64,000 nt of DNA, taken from assembly GCA_000165345.1 (NCBI GenBank), contig CM000433.1:960001-1024000 (forward strand). The letters are read 5' to 3'. Each line of letters starts with the position of its first letter. The stretch's first letter is position 1. The notes under the pieces were generated by a model. That model had not been told where the DNA came from. It saw only the letters and a program-made list of their open reading frames with translations, and made no database searches. The translations under genes and the position numbers were made by a program. Of this stretch, positions 32,652 to 42,541 are shown in pieces.

Positions 32652-32758
32652 CGTTAATTTTGGACAGGTTTAATTATATTATAATGTAAATTTAAAAGTA
32701 TATATAAATTAAATTGTAATATTATAGGCAAACAAGTCATAAGGAAAGGTGTGATTAA

Positions 32759-33442
32759 ATGGAATCAGATAGTACTTACAAGTCTAAATTGATAAATAAG
32801 AACTATTGGGAGGAGTTCTATGAAAATGAACTTGACTCTTATAATGATGTTGGCTATAGGGGTGAGGAGTGGTTTGAAGACTATATTGATGCAATAGTAG
32901 ATTGGGTTATGGAAACAGGATGTGAGGTACAATCTGGGCGAGTTTTAGATATTGGATGCGGAAATGGACTATTTTTGATTGATTTAATACGTAATATTAA
33001 TTTTAGCAGTGCTGTTGGAATAGATTATATACCATCAGCTATAGAACTTGCAAAAAAAATTGTTCAAGAAGAAGAACTTTCCGACAAGATCTCATTATAT
33101 CCTGTAGATTTGGTATCAGGAAAGGATGTTTCAAAAAATAATGATAACGAACAGATTTTAGAATTGGGGAAATTTGAAGTTGTTGTTGATAAAGGTACTT
33201 ATGATATTTTTGTAATGAAGGATGAAAAACATATCTACAAAGACAGCGTCTCAAGATATCTAAAGAATGGAAGTATCTTATTCATTTCATCATGTAATTC
33301 AACTCCTGAAGAATTATGCAGTGTATTTGATGATCAAACAAATTTTGAAAAACTTTCTGAATTGCCACACAAATCTTATAGTTATAATGGAATTGAAGGA
33401 CAAGTTCTAGCTTCTGTAGCATTCAAATATATTAAGAATTAG
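32759..33442 (+). CDS. EEF1A lysine methyltransferase, METTL10/Efm4-like SAM-dependent methyltransferase
   Basis: Collinear with METTL10: YWEEFYENEL, GEEWFED, SAM motif VLDIGCGNGLFLIDL, GIDYIPSAIELA, VVDKGTYD, FISSCNSTPEEL, and the C-terminal LASVAFKY. Confidence 0.8.
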   Translation: MESDSTYKSKLINKNYWEEFYENELDSYNDVGYRGEEWFEDYIDAIVDWVMETGCEVQSGRVLDIGCGNGLFLIDLIRNINFSSAVGIDYIPSAIELAKKIVQEEELSDKISLYPVDLVSGKDVSKNNDNEQILELGKFEVVVDKGTYDIFVMKDEKHIYKDSVSRYLKNGSILFISSCNSTPEELCSVFDDQTNFEKLSELPHKSYSYNGIEGQVLASVAFKYIKN

Positions 33443-33553
33443 GTAGCATTTATTAAAGGTTCTAGGCCAGAAAGTACTTTATCTACTTGATCAAAAAAAA
33501 ACAAAGTATCTATTTTCAAAGTTTTATACTGAGTTTGTATCAGCTATTATTAA

Positions 33554-33916
33554 TTAAAAGTTAAATTTATATATGCATTTTAATAAAATCTTTATATTAT
33601 TATTATAACTCACCTTAATCTCGCCCTTAATATCTATTATACTCTTTATTTGTCTTAATTTCTCATTGTTTAATTCCTTCCTCTCACTATTCTCATCCAA
33701 AAAAATACTATTATATTTTGATACATTATTTAAAAGTAATAAGGTTTCAGTCATACTATCAAACTCAAATGAATTTATTATTGATTCCTCATCTTCCAAA
33801 TGAGAAGTTATTTCTCTTTTATACTCTATATTGTTCTCACGACATAACCTTCTGAGATACTTAATTTCATCACACAACTCCCTAACCAATTCAATCTTCC
33901 TTGACATCCTCAACAA
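33554..33916 (-). CDS. Small hypothetical coiled-coil protein, 120 aa
   Basis: ORF only. It shares a divergent promoter region containing GGCGCC motifs with the downstream plus-strand gene. Confidence 0.35.
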   Translation of the reverse strand: MLRMSRKIELVRELCDEIKYLRRLCRENNIEYKREITSHLEDEESIINSFEFDSMTETLLLLNNVSKYNSIFLDENSERKELNNEKLRQIKSIIDIKGEIKVSYNNNIKILLKCIYKFNF

Positions 33917-34008
33917 AAACTAATTATCCACAACTTCTCAGCATAAGCTCAATCACAAATCATTATTTCCTATTATTATTTCATTTCCAATTTATCTCAA
34001 ATTAAATA

Positions 34009-34029
34009 ACTCACATACCGCGCCAAAAA
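34009..34029. promoter_or_regulatory. Quasi-palindromic ccgcgccaaaaatatggcgcc in a divergent promoter
   Basis: Seen directly between 33554..33916 (minus) and 34155..37325 (plus). Confidence 0.45.
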
Positions 34030-34154
34030 TATGGCGCCTACCGGCATTAACTTTTTCAATATAGTCAAAATTTACATTTGGTTGAAAAAATATTCATAAG
34101 AACGGCATAAGAAAGAGTAGTTTTCGTCAAGAAAAGCTTTCAAACTTTGGGGAA

Positions 34155-37100
34155 ATGCATACGAAAAGGAAAAGGAAGTCTGATACCGACCAGCCATCTG
34201 AACCTAATAAGTTCATGGCAGTTGATGGGCAAATTACTTCTAATGTCTTTAATGATTGGAATACTGAAATTTCTGTTATTACAGAAAGGTACCAGGATGA
34301 ACTCGCAACTAAAGTTAGTCGTTTGTATGAAGGAATAGGGAAAGATTTAGAGGCTACCATATTTGATTATTCTCAAAACGAGGATGAATATATATTAGGT
34401 TTATTGAAGAATACTGATATAGAAAATAACATTCAGAGTATAATAGACTGCCTTGAAAATTACAAAGAGTCCTTGAATTCAAAAAAGCGAAATCATGAAG
34501 GTGGCTCTATATTGGAGGATCTTAGAAAAAATCTTTTAAAGAGTTATTCCAGAATTGCATCTCACAAATTTGTTAAAGATGGTGAATTTGTTATTAAAGA
34601 TTGGACTTACTTCTTACCAATCTTACTTTCAAGCTCTGTTTCTGATATTGAGATCTCCATTATTCTAGACAAGCTTCCAAAAGTAATTAGGTTTCTTATT
34701 AAAACTATTAGAAAGTTTCAGTTTATAACTGGTAAATGCGTTTCTGTTGAAGCTATTGATACTATTAATATGTATAGGAACATTCTGAATGAGTTTACCA
34801 AGGCTAATAAAATGTATCATAATATTCAAAATATCTCAATTGAAAGATCAATCATAGAAATTCATGATCCACTTACCTTATATATTAAGAACATCATTAA
34901 TTACTCTGATAAAACTAAGTTATCTTCAAGCTTTATTCCATTAAGATTTGGTAAAGATCATACTGAAGGAGCAGGATCTTCTAAAACTAGTTTTAAATTA
35001 GATCTATTATCCAATTCTGGTGATATATTGTATATGATCTATGGAAATAACATCTCTTCTCTTGGTGTTTTTGGAACTAACTATTTAAGTAGAAAAATGA
35101 ATTTGGATAATTTATGGCAATTATCTATCTTCAAAAACCAATCTATTGGTCTTATACTTAGTAATCACAAAGAAAGGGATGATAAATCTCAAGACTTTGA
35201 AATTGAAAATCTTGATAGCTTTATAGGGAGTTTGGGATATGGTTATTCATCACTTGATTCTCTTAAGCCTATGAACCCAAGGCCAGAGCTAAACAAAAGA
35301 ATATCAAATAATATGCTAAGACTACAAATTAGCAAGAAGGTATATAAGAGATATAACAAAGAAGTGAACCCTAATACAAAAGCAATATCTCCTCTATCTC
35401 TTAATCCACTTATTCAGAAGTTTACTGGTTTCAATTCAGTAATTGAAGATGAACAAAAGTTTGGATTTAGAGATTATTCTAAATTTCCTTCGATTCCTAA
35501 CAAAGAACCAGAGAGAGCTGAGCTTATCTTTTCTAATGGAGCAAAATTACAAGAAGAAAAGGTTCCTCTTGGGTTCATATCTACAATAAGACAGCAGAAA
35601 TATGGTAAAAGAGAACTGGAGTTAGTTATTTTAGATACAAAAGAGTGTAGTAATTATATAGCAAATCAACATAAAGCTTCAAAAGCTAGAAATCTAAGAT
35701 TTGAAGAGTATGGATTGTTTTGGAAAACTATTCCAGAAAAGAATGGTAATTACAACTTTAAAATGATTCCATTACGTACTTGTAGTGCCTCAATTCATCA
35801 TTCAACCAAGTTTAAATCTCATCTATATTATTCCAGATTTCTATTGGAACAGCTTGTAAACTCAAATTGGAAGAAGAGGATTATTACAAAGAACAAGAAA
35901 TACTACAAGCTTTCTTCTTTAGTTAATGGAGGTTTTTTAAGTAAATCACAAAAGGAAACTGTTAATAAGATCACAAAAATTATATTAAATAATGGCTTAT
36001 GGGAGAATTATAGTGACATTGTACCAAAATTATTAACAGGTACCGATAAAAGAATTAGTGGCCACGAAATTGAGGAATGGGAGGATTTTGATGAAAATAA
36101 TGAATTTGATCAAGAAATGTATAGATTATCATCTGAATGTAGGAATAGTTCAAGTTCGAAATCATCAGAGTTTTATGGAAAGTATTTAAAATTAAGTTCA
36201 AAGAATTATAAGCTAGTTTCAAAAAGATGTCAAAAAATGTTGGCTAAATATATATTCAAAGAGTATCCAAGATTTTTGACCCAATATTTTAAGATTAGAA
36301 AGGAATGGAAGGAATATAATAGAAGCGAGACTCAAAAGAGAAATAAACAAAATGTTAATAATTCGTCTAGACTACAGTTGGATATTATTGGATATTCTGG
36401 AGAAAAGAACTTAAAAGCACAGTTCTCTAACTTTGAGAATCTAAAAATTAAGCATGAACCAAATGAATTAAAGACAGAAAATTCGAAAGATCCGCAAGTT
36501 CTTCATTTGATTAAACTAGAAAAGAAGCAAGAACAGAATACATTAACAGTTTTACCAAAGTTTGATTCCAAGTTACCATTGAATCAGATATATAAACTAG
36601 AGAATTTCATATCTATAGAGTTATTCAATAAAATTAAGATGGAATGGACAAAAAGTACAGTTAGCATATATAGTGGTCAATTAAGTCACTTTTCAAGGAT
36701 ATTATTAAATAATTTGAATAATTCTTCAATTTTGAACATAAAAGTTAAATCATTCTTTTTAAAGCTTATAATTTACATTGATTGGCTTATATATCTGATT
36801 AATCATTCAAATAAATCATTTGGTGGAGCTAGAGCAATTCAGAAATGTTTACAAGCATCTTTAGATTCTCAAACAAACAATCAGAATTCAAAATATCAGA
36901 GTAATTTAAGAATTCCAATAGAATTTTGCAATTGGATTATTGATTCATTTTTATCAAAATACCAGACAGAGAATCTTCAGACAAGATTCAGCTTTTCTAC
37001 AGCTGGAGAAAGTAAACTTTTTGCAACTATTCTATGGCTATCTAACTTTGTCAATGCTCATTCACACAATATTAATTACACAGATTACAACGGTGATAAC

Positions 37101-37325
37101 TTTGATATTCCTGTATTTCTTCCTTCTTCAGAGCCTTCTCCAATAGAATTTTCAGATCTTTTACTTCAAGATTTGAAGGATAAATTTACCAAAAAGTTTA
37201 GAAGTATTGCTCATGCAATGGGCTTCAGATCAACAGTTCCTCCCCCAAGAAGATTTAAATCAAAGAATTATATGATACCTCCAAACATTACCAGCGTAAT
37301 TTTGAACGAGTTCCCTAGACTATAA
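34155..37325 (+). CDS. Hypothetical protein, 1056 aa, no domain recognised
   Basis: Long uninterrupted ORF with a basic N-terminus (KRKRK). Confidence 0.6.
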   Translation: MHTKRKRKSDTDQPSEPNKFMAVDGQITSNVFNDWNTEISVITERYQDELATKVSRLYEGIGKDLEATIFDYSQNEDEYILGLLKNTDIENNIQSIIDCLENYKESLNSKKRNHEGGSILEDLRKNLLKSYSRIASHKFVKDGEFVIKDWTYFLPILLSSSVSDIEISIILDKLPKVIRFLIKTIRKFQFITGKCVSVEAIDTINMYRNILNEFTKANKMYHNIQNISIERSIIEIHDPLTLYIKNIINYSDKTKLSSSFIPLRFGKDHTEGAGSSKTSFKLDLLSNSGDILYMIYGNNISSLGVFGTNYLSRKMNLDNLWQLSIFKNQSIGLILSNHKERDDKSQDFEIENLDSFIGSLGYGYSSLDSLKPMNPRPELNKRISNNMLRLQISKKVYKRYNKEVNPNTKAISPLSLNPLIQKFTGFNSVIEDEQKFGFRDYSKFPSIPNKEPERAELIFSNGAKLQEEKVPLGFISTIRQQKYGKRELELVILDTKECSNYIANQHKASKARNLRFEEYGLFWKTIPEKNGNYNFKMIPLRTCSASIHHSTKFKSHLYYSRFLLEQLVNSNWKKRIITKNKKYYKLSSLVNGGFLSKSQKETVNKITKIILNNGLWENYSDIVPKLLTGTDKRISGHEIEEWEDFDENNEFDQEMYRLSSECRNSSSSKSSEFYGKYLKLSSKNYKLVSKRCQKMLAKYIFKEYPRFLTQYFKIRKEWKEYNRSETQKRNKQNVNNSSRLQLDIIGYSGEKNLKAQFSNFENLKIKHEPNELKTENSKDPQVLHLIKLEKKQEQNTLTVLPKFDSKLPLNQIYKLENFISIELFNKIKMEWTKSTVSIYSGQLSHFSRILLNNLNNSSILNIKVKSFFLKLIIYIDWLIYLINHSNKSFGGARAIQKCLQASLDSQTNNQNSKYQSNLRIPIEFCNWIIDSFLSKYQTENLQTRFSFSTAGESKLFATILWLSNFVNAHSHNINYTDYNGDNFDIPVFLPSSEPSPIEFSDLLLQDLKDKFTKKFRSIAHAMGFRSTVPPPRRFKSKNYMIPPNITSVILNEFPRL

Positions 37326-37866
37326 GGTATTTAATAGAAAATGTACTGTTTCTTAAGAAAGAAAAACATCAAATACACTAAAATTTTCTCTAGTAACTTG
37401 ATATATTCAATCAAGTTAGTTATATCTATATTAAGGACTATGACCTCTAATTTATAGCATTTTTAAAAGTGATGTGATTTGAATAATAGAATAAATAATT
37501 TGAGAACTGAGTTATAAAATAATTATGATTAAGATTAGAAATAGAATAAAAATGCAATTGAATATTAGAAATATACAACATTTATAATAAATTTTATACA
37601 AGGCTTTTACTAGTTAATAAAATTTAAATAAAATGAATATTCAAATTTTTATACCGTTTTTACCATTTTAAGAACCACTATACATTTTCAAATCATGTCG
37701 AATTTCCACAGTTTATTGAAATAATCTGATTTTTTTTGTCATGACTTTTATGTCTTGTTGCTTTATACACAAAAATGTATCCATATTTACAATTTATACT
37801 TAATACTTTTCTTCTTTTTATTAATCTAATTAATTAGTGGCCGATACCTTTTAAAATGAACAGAAA

Positions 37867-37887
37867 GTTCCCGCCCAAAGTTCCCGC
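37867..37887. promoter_or_regulatory. Tandem GTTCCCGCC-type E2F half-sites about 100 bp upstream of the CDCA7-like zinc-finger gene
   Basis: gttcccgcccaaagttcccgc seen directly. Confidence 0.45.
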
Positions 37888-37987
37888 TCGAAATAATAAT
37901 AAATTAATTAAGAGTAAAAATGTAAAATTCACATAGTATTAAAAAAAGGCAAAAAGGGATACGAGATGAACTAAGAAGAGCTTTGAA

Positions 37988-40900
37988 ATGAATGTGACTT
38001 TAGGGTCCATACTGTTCCCTGAACGTCGAAAGGTAGTGGTAGATACTAGAAAGGGGCTTCATAACAAGAGAAAGAAGCAGGTAAATGCTCAGAAAAACCA
38101 GGAACAAACTTCCAAGCAATTTACTACGCGGCTTCTTTTGGATGACGAAACAATTGCTCCAAATGATTTTTTGACCCCATTTCCAAGTGATGATGTAAGA
38201 AACACAGAGCAATTTTGGGAATACTTAGAGCGTGTGTTTTATCCTGTAGATGAGAGATGGATTAGTATATTGGATCTTTCAGCAAGGCCACGGAATTTGG
38301 AGCCAAGTGAAACATGTATAGGGTTACATTTTGCTTATAGGTGGGCATTGGTAGATTTATTTGATACTAGCGAACTTTTTAAATTGGTTGGGAATAGAAA
38401 TAAGATTTTTAAGAATACCTTAGAGAAATGTAAGAATTTATCATCTGATACTAAAGCAAATAGTAATAGCGGTAGTAATAGATCAGGCGGAAAAGACCAA
38501 GTTTTGGATAAATCAGAGGATTGCCAACCAGATAATTTGGAAAGTTCAGATTTAGTAGAAGAACAGAAGGTTTTAAGTTATTTGGAGTTTCTTGATCTTC
38601 CAACACTTGAGCTTATAGGAATAGACCCAGCGGTATTGGGAGGAGTGAATACAAATGGGGACAATTTGGTAAAACAATCAGATAGTACAAATCAGAAAAA
38701 GGGGGCTTTAAATAATCCATATTTTGAGGAATGGAAATTTCTCTACAAAAGATTATGTTTTATTGAGAAGGAGGTTGACTCTATGCTTTTAAAGCTAACA
38801 GATAGTGTTAGTGAGAACATCCATAAGGACAACTCCAGAAAGTTACTTCAAAGACATCAAAAAAAGAAATGTAGACAATTCCTATTAAAAGTGATGCATT
38901 ATCATAGTATGAGACAATTTGTGGATTCTCTGGAGGAGGTTTTATACTTTGATGAGAATACTGGACAGTATTTGACAACTTGGGATGATGGTGAGGCTGT
39001 TAGAGCCGCATGGATGAGTCAGGATCAGCTTTTACAGCTTCTTTTATTTAGGCCAAACTCTACAGAAAGTAAATATTCTGTTTCAATCCCAAGTGAGTAC
39101 ATTCCTTATGCAAGATCTTTAGACACTCATTGGCTTAAATACTTATTAGACTCTGGTTTAACAATGATTAGCGATGATTCAAATAATCCTCAAGATGACG
39201 ATAGGCTTGGGGATACTTTGAATCTAGATACACCTTCTAAGCCTAAAGATGGTTGTATTGAACTTTCAAGGCATCCTCTTTGTCATTATTGTAGAAGAAG
39301 TTGCAAGAGGCTTAACTATTCTAGGTGCCCATCAAAACTTAAACCTTTAAATCTTGGAATTAATCCTTCAGGTCTTAACCAAACTACACAAGCTCAAAAT
39401 CCAAACTCTAATTCTATTTTAAATAATAATAACTCTTTAAAGCTACCAGGAACTTCAACATCTACTAGCGCATCCAATATTTACTATTCAAGATCTCTTA
39501 TTCCATGGAGAGTCCCAAAGTCTCAAAGTAATATAGAAAATAGTGACCATTCTGAGCCAATTCATATAAATAGCAATAATTATAACCAAAATCAATTCCA
39601 ATTTGGAAGTAAATCAGGAAAATCTGTTAAGCCCAACAATAGATCGTCAATTGGAGGGAATTCTTGTGGTTCTGGAGCATCTTACTTACTTAATGTGAAT
39701 AAATCTCATGTATGTAATATATGCACTGATTTTGAATCAAGTCTGAATGAATCTGTTTCTGCTCCTCAGGAAGAAATCTTAGTTAGTAGAGCCTACTCTC
39801 CCAATAATTGTTGGAGAATGTACTGTTCAGAATGCATTATGCATAATTTTTCCTCAATAATTAAGCAAAAGTATTCAAATGGAGTGGTTTTGAGGTATTA
39901 TTGCCCTTTTTGTAATGGTGCTTGTAATTGTGAGAGGTGCCTCAGAAATCAACAAATTCGAAAAATTAAAAACTACTTGAAGTCACGTTTCTGTGGATAT
40001 ACATTTCAATGTTCGATATCCAGCTGTGTAATTCAAAACGAACTCAGCTGGTATGACTTTCTCAAAGATTTTGGCGGAGACTCATTATTTCCGAATATTA
40101 ATGATAATAGCACTTATAAGGAAAACAATAATTTATTAGGAAATAATGAAACGGCATTAGTGAACGATTTAGGTGAAATTGATGAATCTATGGTTAATCC
40201 CAGCAACTTAGCAGTGGTTTCTTATATTAACAATGCAAACAGGAGGCTTTCCGTCGCAGAAAACACACACCTAGGCTTTATTTGGCTTCAAGCTAATAAT
40301 ATTCCATTCCAAAAGCCTACTCCTTCCTCATCAGGAGTGAATGCAAATATCAATGACTCAAACTCCAAAAAAACAACCACACTATCCAGTGCTCTATCAG
40401 GAAGCTGTGCATCCGACCCCACTAAACTAGTATCTAAGAATAAGTCGAGAAGTAATAGGTCCTCAATTAACGGAACTCAAAAGAACAGAAGAAATTCAAA
40501 TGTCCAAAGCAACTTTGAAGATGGTGATTCTGGTCATTCAAATAATAATAAATCTCAACAACCTACACAATCTGCTCCATCTAATTCCTCCATGTTTTCA
40601 AGTATGGGCAGGCCCGCCTTTAACATTAAAGTAGGAGGCGCCCAAAATATACCGCCCTCAATTCATATACCTCGCGAAGTATTAAATGAGCCAACGCATG
40701 CATCAGGAGCTTCGGTACTTTGGAGTTTAAGGTCGATTTTAATCAATAATGTGAATAAGTACCATAAGGAATGCTTGAATAATTTAGAGCGTTGGGAGAG
40801 TATCCAGGAATTATATAATAGGAAGAGGGTAGAACTGGAGAGTTACTTTGAGGAGCAGCTTTCGAAGCTAAACTTAATGGACGACTGGATTCGTTCAATA

Positions 40901-42082
40901 TCATTCACAGAAACTAATAAGAGGTTTATAATGAGGAAGATGCCATTATTGTGTTGGGCTGCAGACATCCCATCCGCAAAAGCTTTTAATTTTGACGACT
41001 ACCCTCAGTTGTTGCCAAACAATAACGTTGTGGAGATGATTGAACATATTCAGAATTTTGTAAACAATGGTATCATTTCGGAAGATCTACCAACTCATCA
41101 AATTTTGGGTCTTAGTGAGATTAGTGAAGGTGATGGGATTATTGGAGTATCACAAAAAACTACTCCAAGTCTTAAACTAATTGACAAGTTACCAGGAATG
41201 GTTACTAAAAACTCTCCTAGTTCAGTTATGGAGTTTCTAATGAATTCAATCTCTGAAATACAAAATATTGTAGTAAAGACAAATCATAACACTTCCAAAG
41301 ATGAGTCATCAAAGGCAAATAAGATCCAAAGAAGCTCAAAAAAAGACAAATCTAACTCTAAAAATTCTGTTCAAAATAAGCTTCCGAACTGTGATGTTGT
41401 AAACCCAGATGAAGTAAAGATTTCAAATTGTAATAATGATTTGATTTCCTCCTCCTCTTCTATTGCTGAGGCTGATGGAAATCATTTTTACAGTAACTCA
41501 CCTATTAATGCTGAATTTTTATCTAAAAACCACGGTATGCTTGAAACAGCCACTTCCACTGGTCAAAACGATCCTTCTTTAATTACCAGGTCATCAGTTG
41601 GAGATGGGATCCAAAACCCTGATAGTAGTCACTTGCCTAACTTCAGCCTTGTTGAATGTCAAAAATCCTCTAATAATAATCCCTTTTTCCATGGGGGTAG
41701 CAACTCATATATGTTAAATGAAGGCTCTATCGATCCATTCCAGTCTTATTCTAGTAAGACTATCCCAAGCCAGGATCCTGGAGCTGTTGATGGTGCCCAA
41801 AATAAATCTAGGAAAAGAAAGTCCTCTTTGGAACTAAATTCTGTAGAAATATTAACTCCTGAACGCAAAAGGGAGCTTGCCTTGAAAAGAAAACGCGACA
41901 GGGAAACTATCCGAAGAGCAATGAAAAAAAACAGTCATCTTTCCTCATCAAGTCCCACTTCTCCTAATGCTATTGGAGCAATGGGTTTCAATGGCATGGA
42001 GGAAATTAATAGTTTGAATGGTGACGGAACAACTTTTAGTATTAGCAGCAATGGCAGCAGTTATGGCTCTCCCCAACTGTAA
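37988..42082 (+). CDS. Large Ser/Asn-rich nuclear-type protein containing a CDCA7-like zf-4CXXC_R1 zinc-finger domain
   Basis: Cys cluster CNICTDFE...CWRMYCSECIMHNF...YYCPFCNGACNCERCLRN matches the CDCA7 C-terminal pattern FCGPCLRNRYGE...WVCPPCRGICNCSYCR. An additional CHYCRRSC...C lies upstream. Basic KRKR-rich C-terminus. Confidence 0.5.
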   Translation: MNVTLGSILFPERRKVVVDTRKGLHNKRKKQVNAQKNQEQTSKQFTTRLLLDDETIAPNDFLTPFPSDDVRNTEQFWEYLERVFYPVDERWISILDLSARPRNLEPSETCIGLHFAYRWALVDLFDTSELFKLVGNRNKIFKNTLEKCKNLSSDTKANSNSGSNRSGGKDQVLDKSEDCQPDNLESSDLVEEQKVLSYLEFLDLPTLELIGIDPAVLGGVNTNGDNLVKQSDSTNQKKGALNNPYFEEWKFLYKRLCFIEKEVDSMLLKLTDSVSENIHKDNSRKLLQRHQKKKCRQFLLKVMHYHSMRQFVDSLEEVLYFDENTGQYLTTWDDGEAVRAAWMSQDQLLQLLLFRPNSTESKYSVSIPSEYIPYARSLDTHWLKYLLDSGLTMISDDSNNPQDDDRLGDTLNLDTPSKPKDGCIELSRHPLCHYCRRSCKRLNYSRCPSKLKPLNLGINPSGLNQTTQAQNPNSNSILNNNNSLKLPGTSTSTSASNIYYSRSLIPWRVPKSQSNIENSDHSEPIHINSNNYNQNQFQFGSKSGKSVKPNNRSSIGGNSCGSGASYLLNVNKSHVCNICTDFESSLNESVSAPQEEILVSRAYSPNNCWRMYCSECIMHNFSSIIKQKYSNGVVLRYYCPFCNGACNCERCLRNQQIRKIKNYLKSRFCGYTFQCSISSCVIQNELSWYDFLKDFGGDSLFPNINDNSTYKENNNLLGNNETALVNDLGEIDESMVNPSNLAVVSYINNANRRLSVAENTHLGFIWLQANNIPFQKPTPSSSGVNANINDSNSKKTTTLSSALSGSCASDPTKLVSKNKSRSNRSSINGTQKNRRNSNVQSNFEDGDSGHSNNNKSQQPTQSAPSNSSMFSSMGRPAFNIKVGGAQNIPPSIHIPREVLNEPTHASGASVLWSLRSILINNVNKYHKECLNNLERWESIQELYNRKRVELESYFEEQLSKLNLMDDWIRSISFTETNKRFIMRKMPLLCWAADIPSAKAFNFDDYPQLLPNNNVVEMIEHIQNFVNNGIISEDLPTHQILGLSEISEGDGIIGVSQKTTPSLKLIDKLPGMVTKNSPSSVMEFLMNSISEIQNIVVKTNHNTSKDESSKANKIQRSSKKDKSNSKNSVQNKLPNCDVVNPDEVKISNCNNDLISSSSSIAEADGNHFYSNSPINAEFLSKNHGMLETATSTGQNDPSLITRSSVGDGIQNPDSSHLPNFSLVECQKSSNNNPFFHGGSNSYMLNEGSIDPFQSYSSKTIPSQDPGAVDGAQNKSRKRKSSLELNSVEILTPERKRELALKRKRDRETIRRAMKKNSHLSSSSPTSPNAIGAMGFNGMEEINSLNGDGTTFSISSNGSSYGSPQL

Positions 42083-42541
42083 AAAAAAAGTCAATCATTT
42101 AACTTTTCTCAATAAACTTCATCATTTCCATGATTATTGCCTTAAATTAGCTATTTAAGTAATTAACTTCTTTTTTAATTTCTAAATCCATGGTTTTTTC
42201 ACCTTTCTTTCTCCCTATCCCCTACTTCCCCTCTCACTGATTCCTCACTTTACTGATATCTACGAGTTTCTCACATAAGAATTCAATTAAACTGCACAAA
42301 TCATGTGGGATCTGGGTATGGAAGATAAAAAAATCTTTAATTCTTTCTCAACCATAATTCTCCCAATACTTTAATTTCCCCATATTGAAATTCATAATAT
42401 TAATGTTTTGGCGCCTACACACAACTTTTTTTTTTCTTTTCAAAAGATTTTTTAAATAAAAGAATACAACTTATAAAATAGTTGCTTAAAATATATCTAC
42501 TTTAAAAATATTTGTAGAACTAGTAGCAAATAGTTCTGAAT

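Noticed and set aside
34147-34338. 63-aa ORF overlapping the start of the 34155 gene in another frame
   Set aside because: Alternate-frame overlap with a 1056-aa ORF. No independent support.
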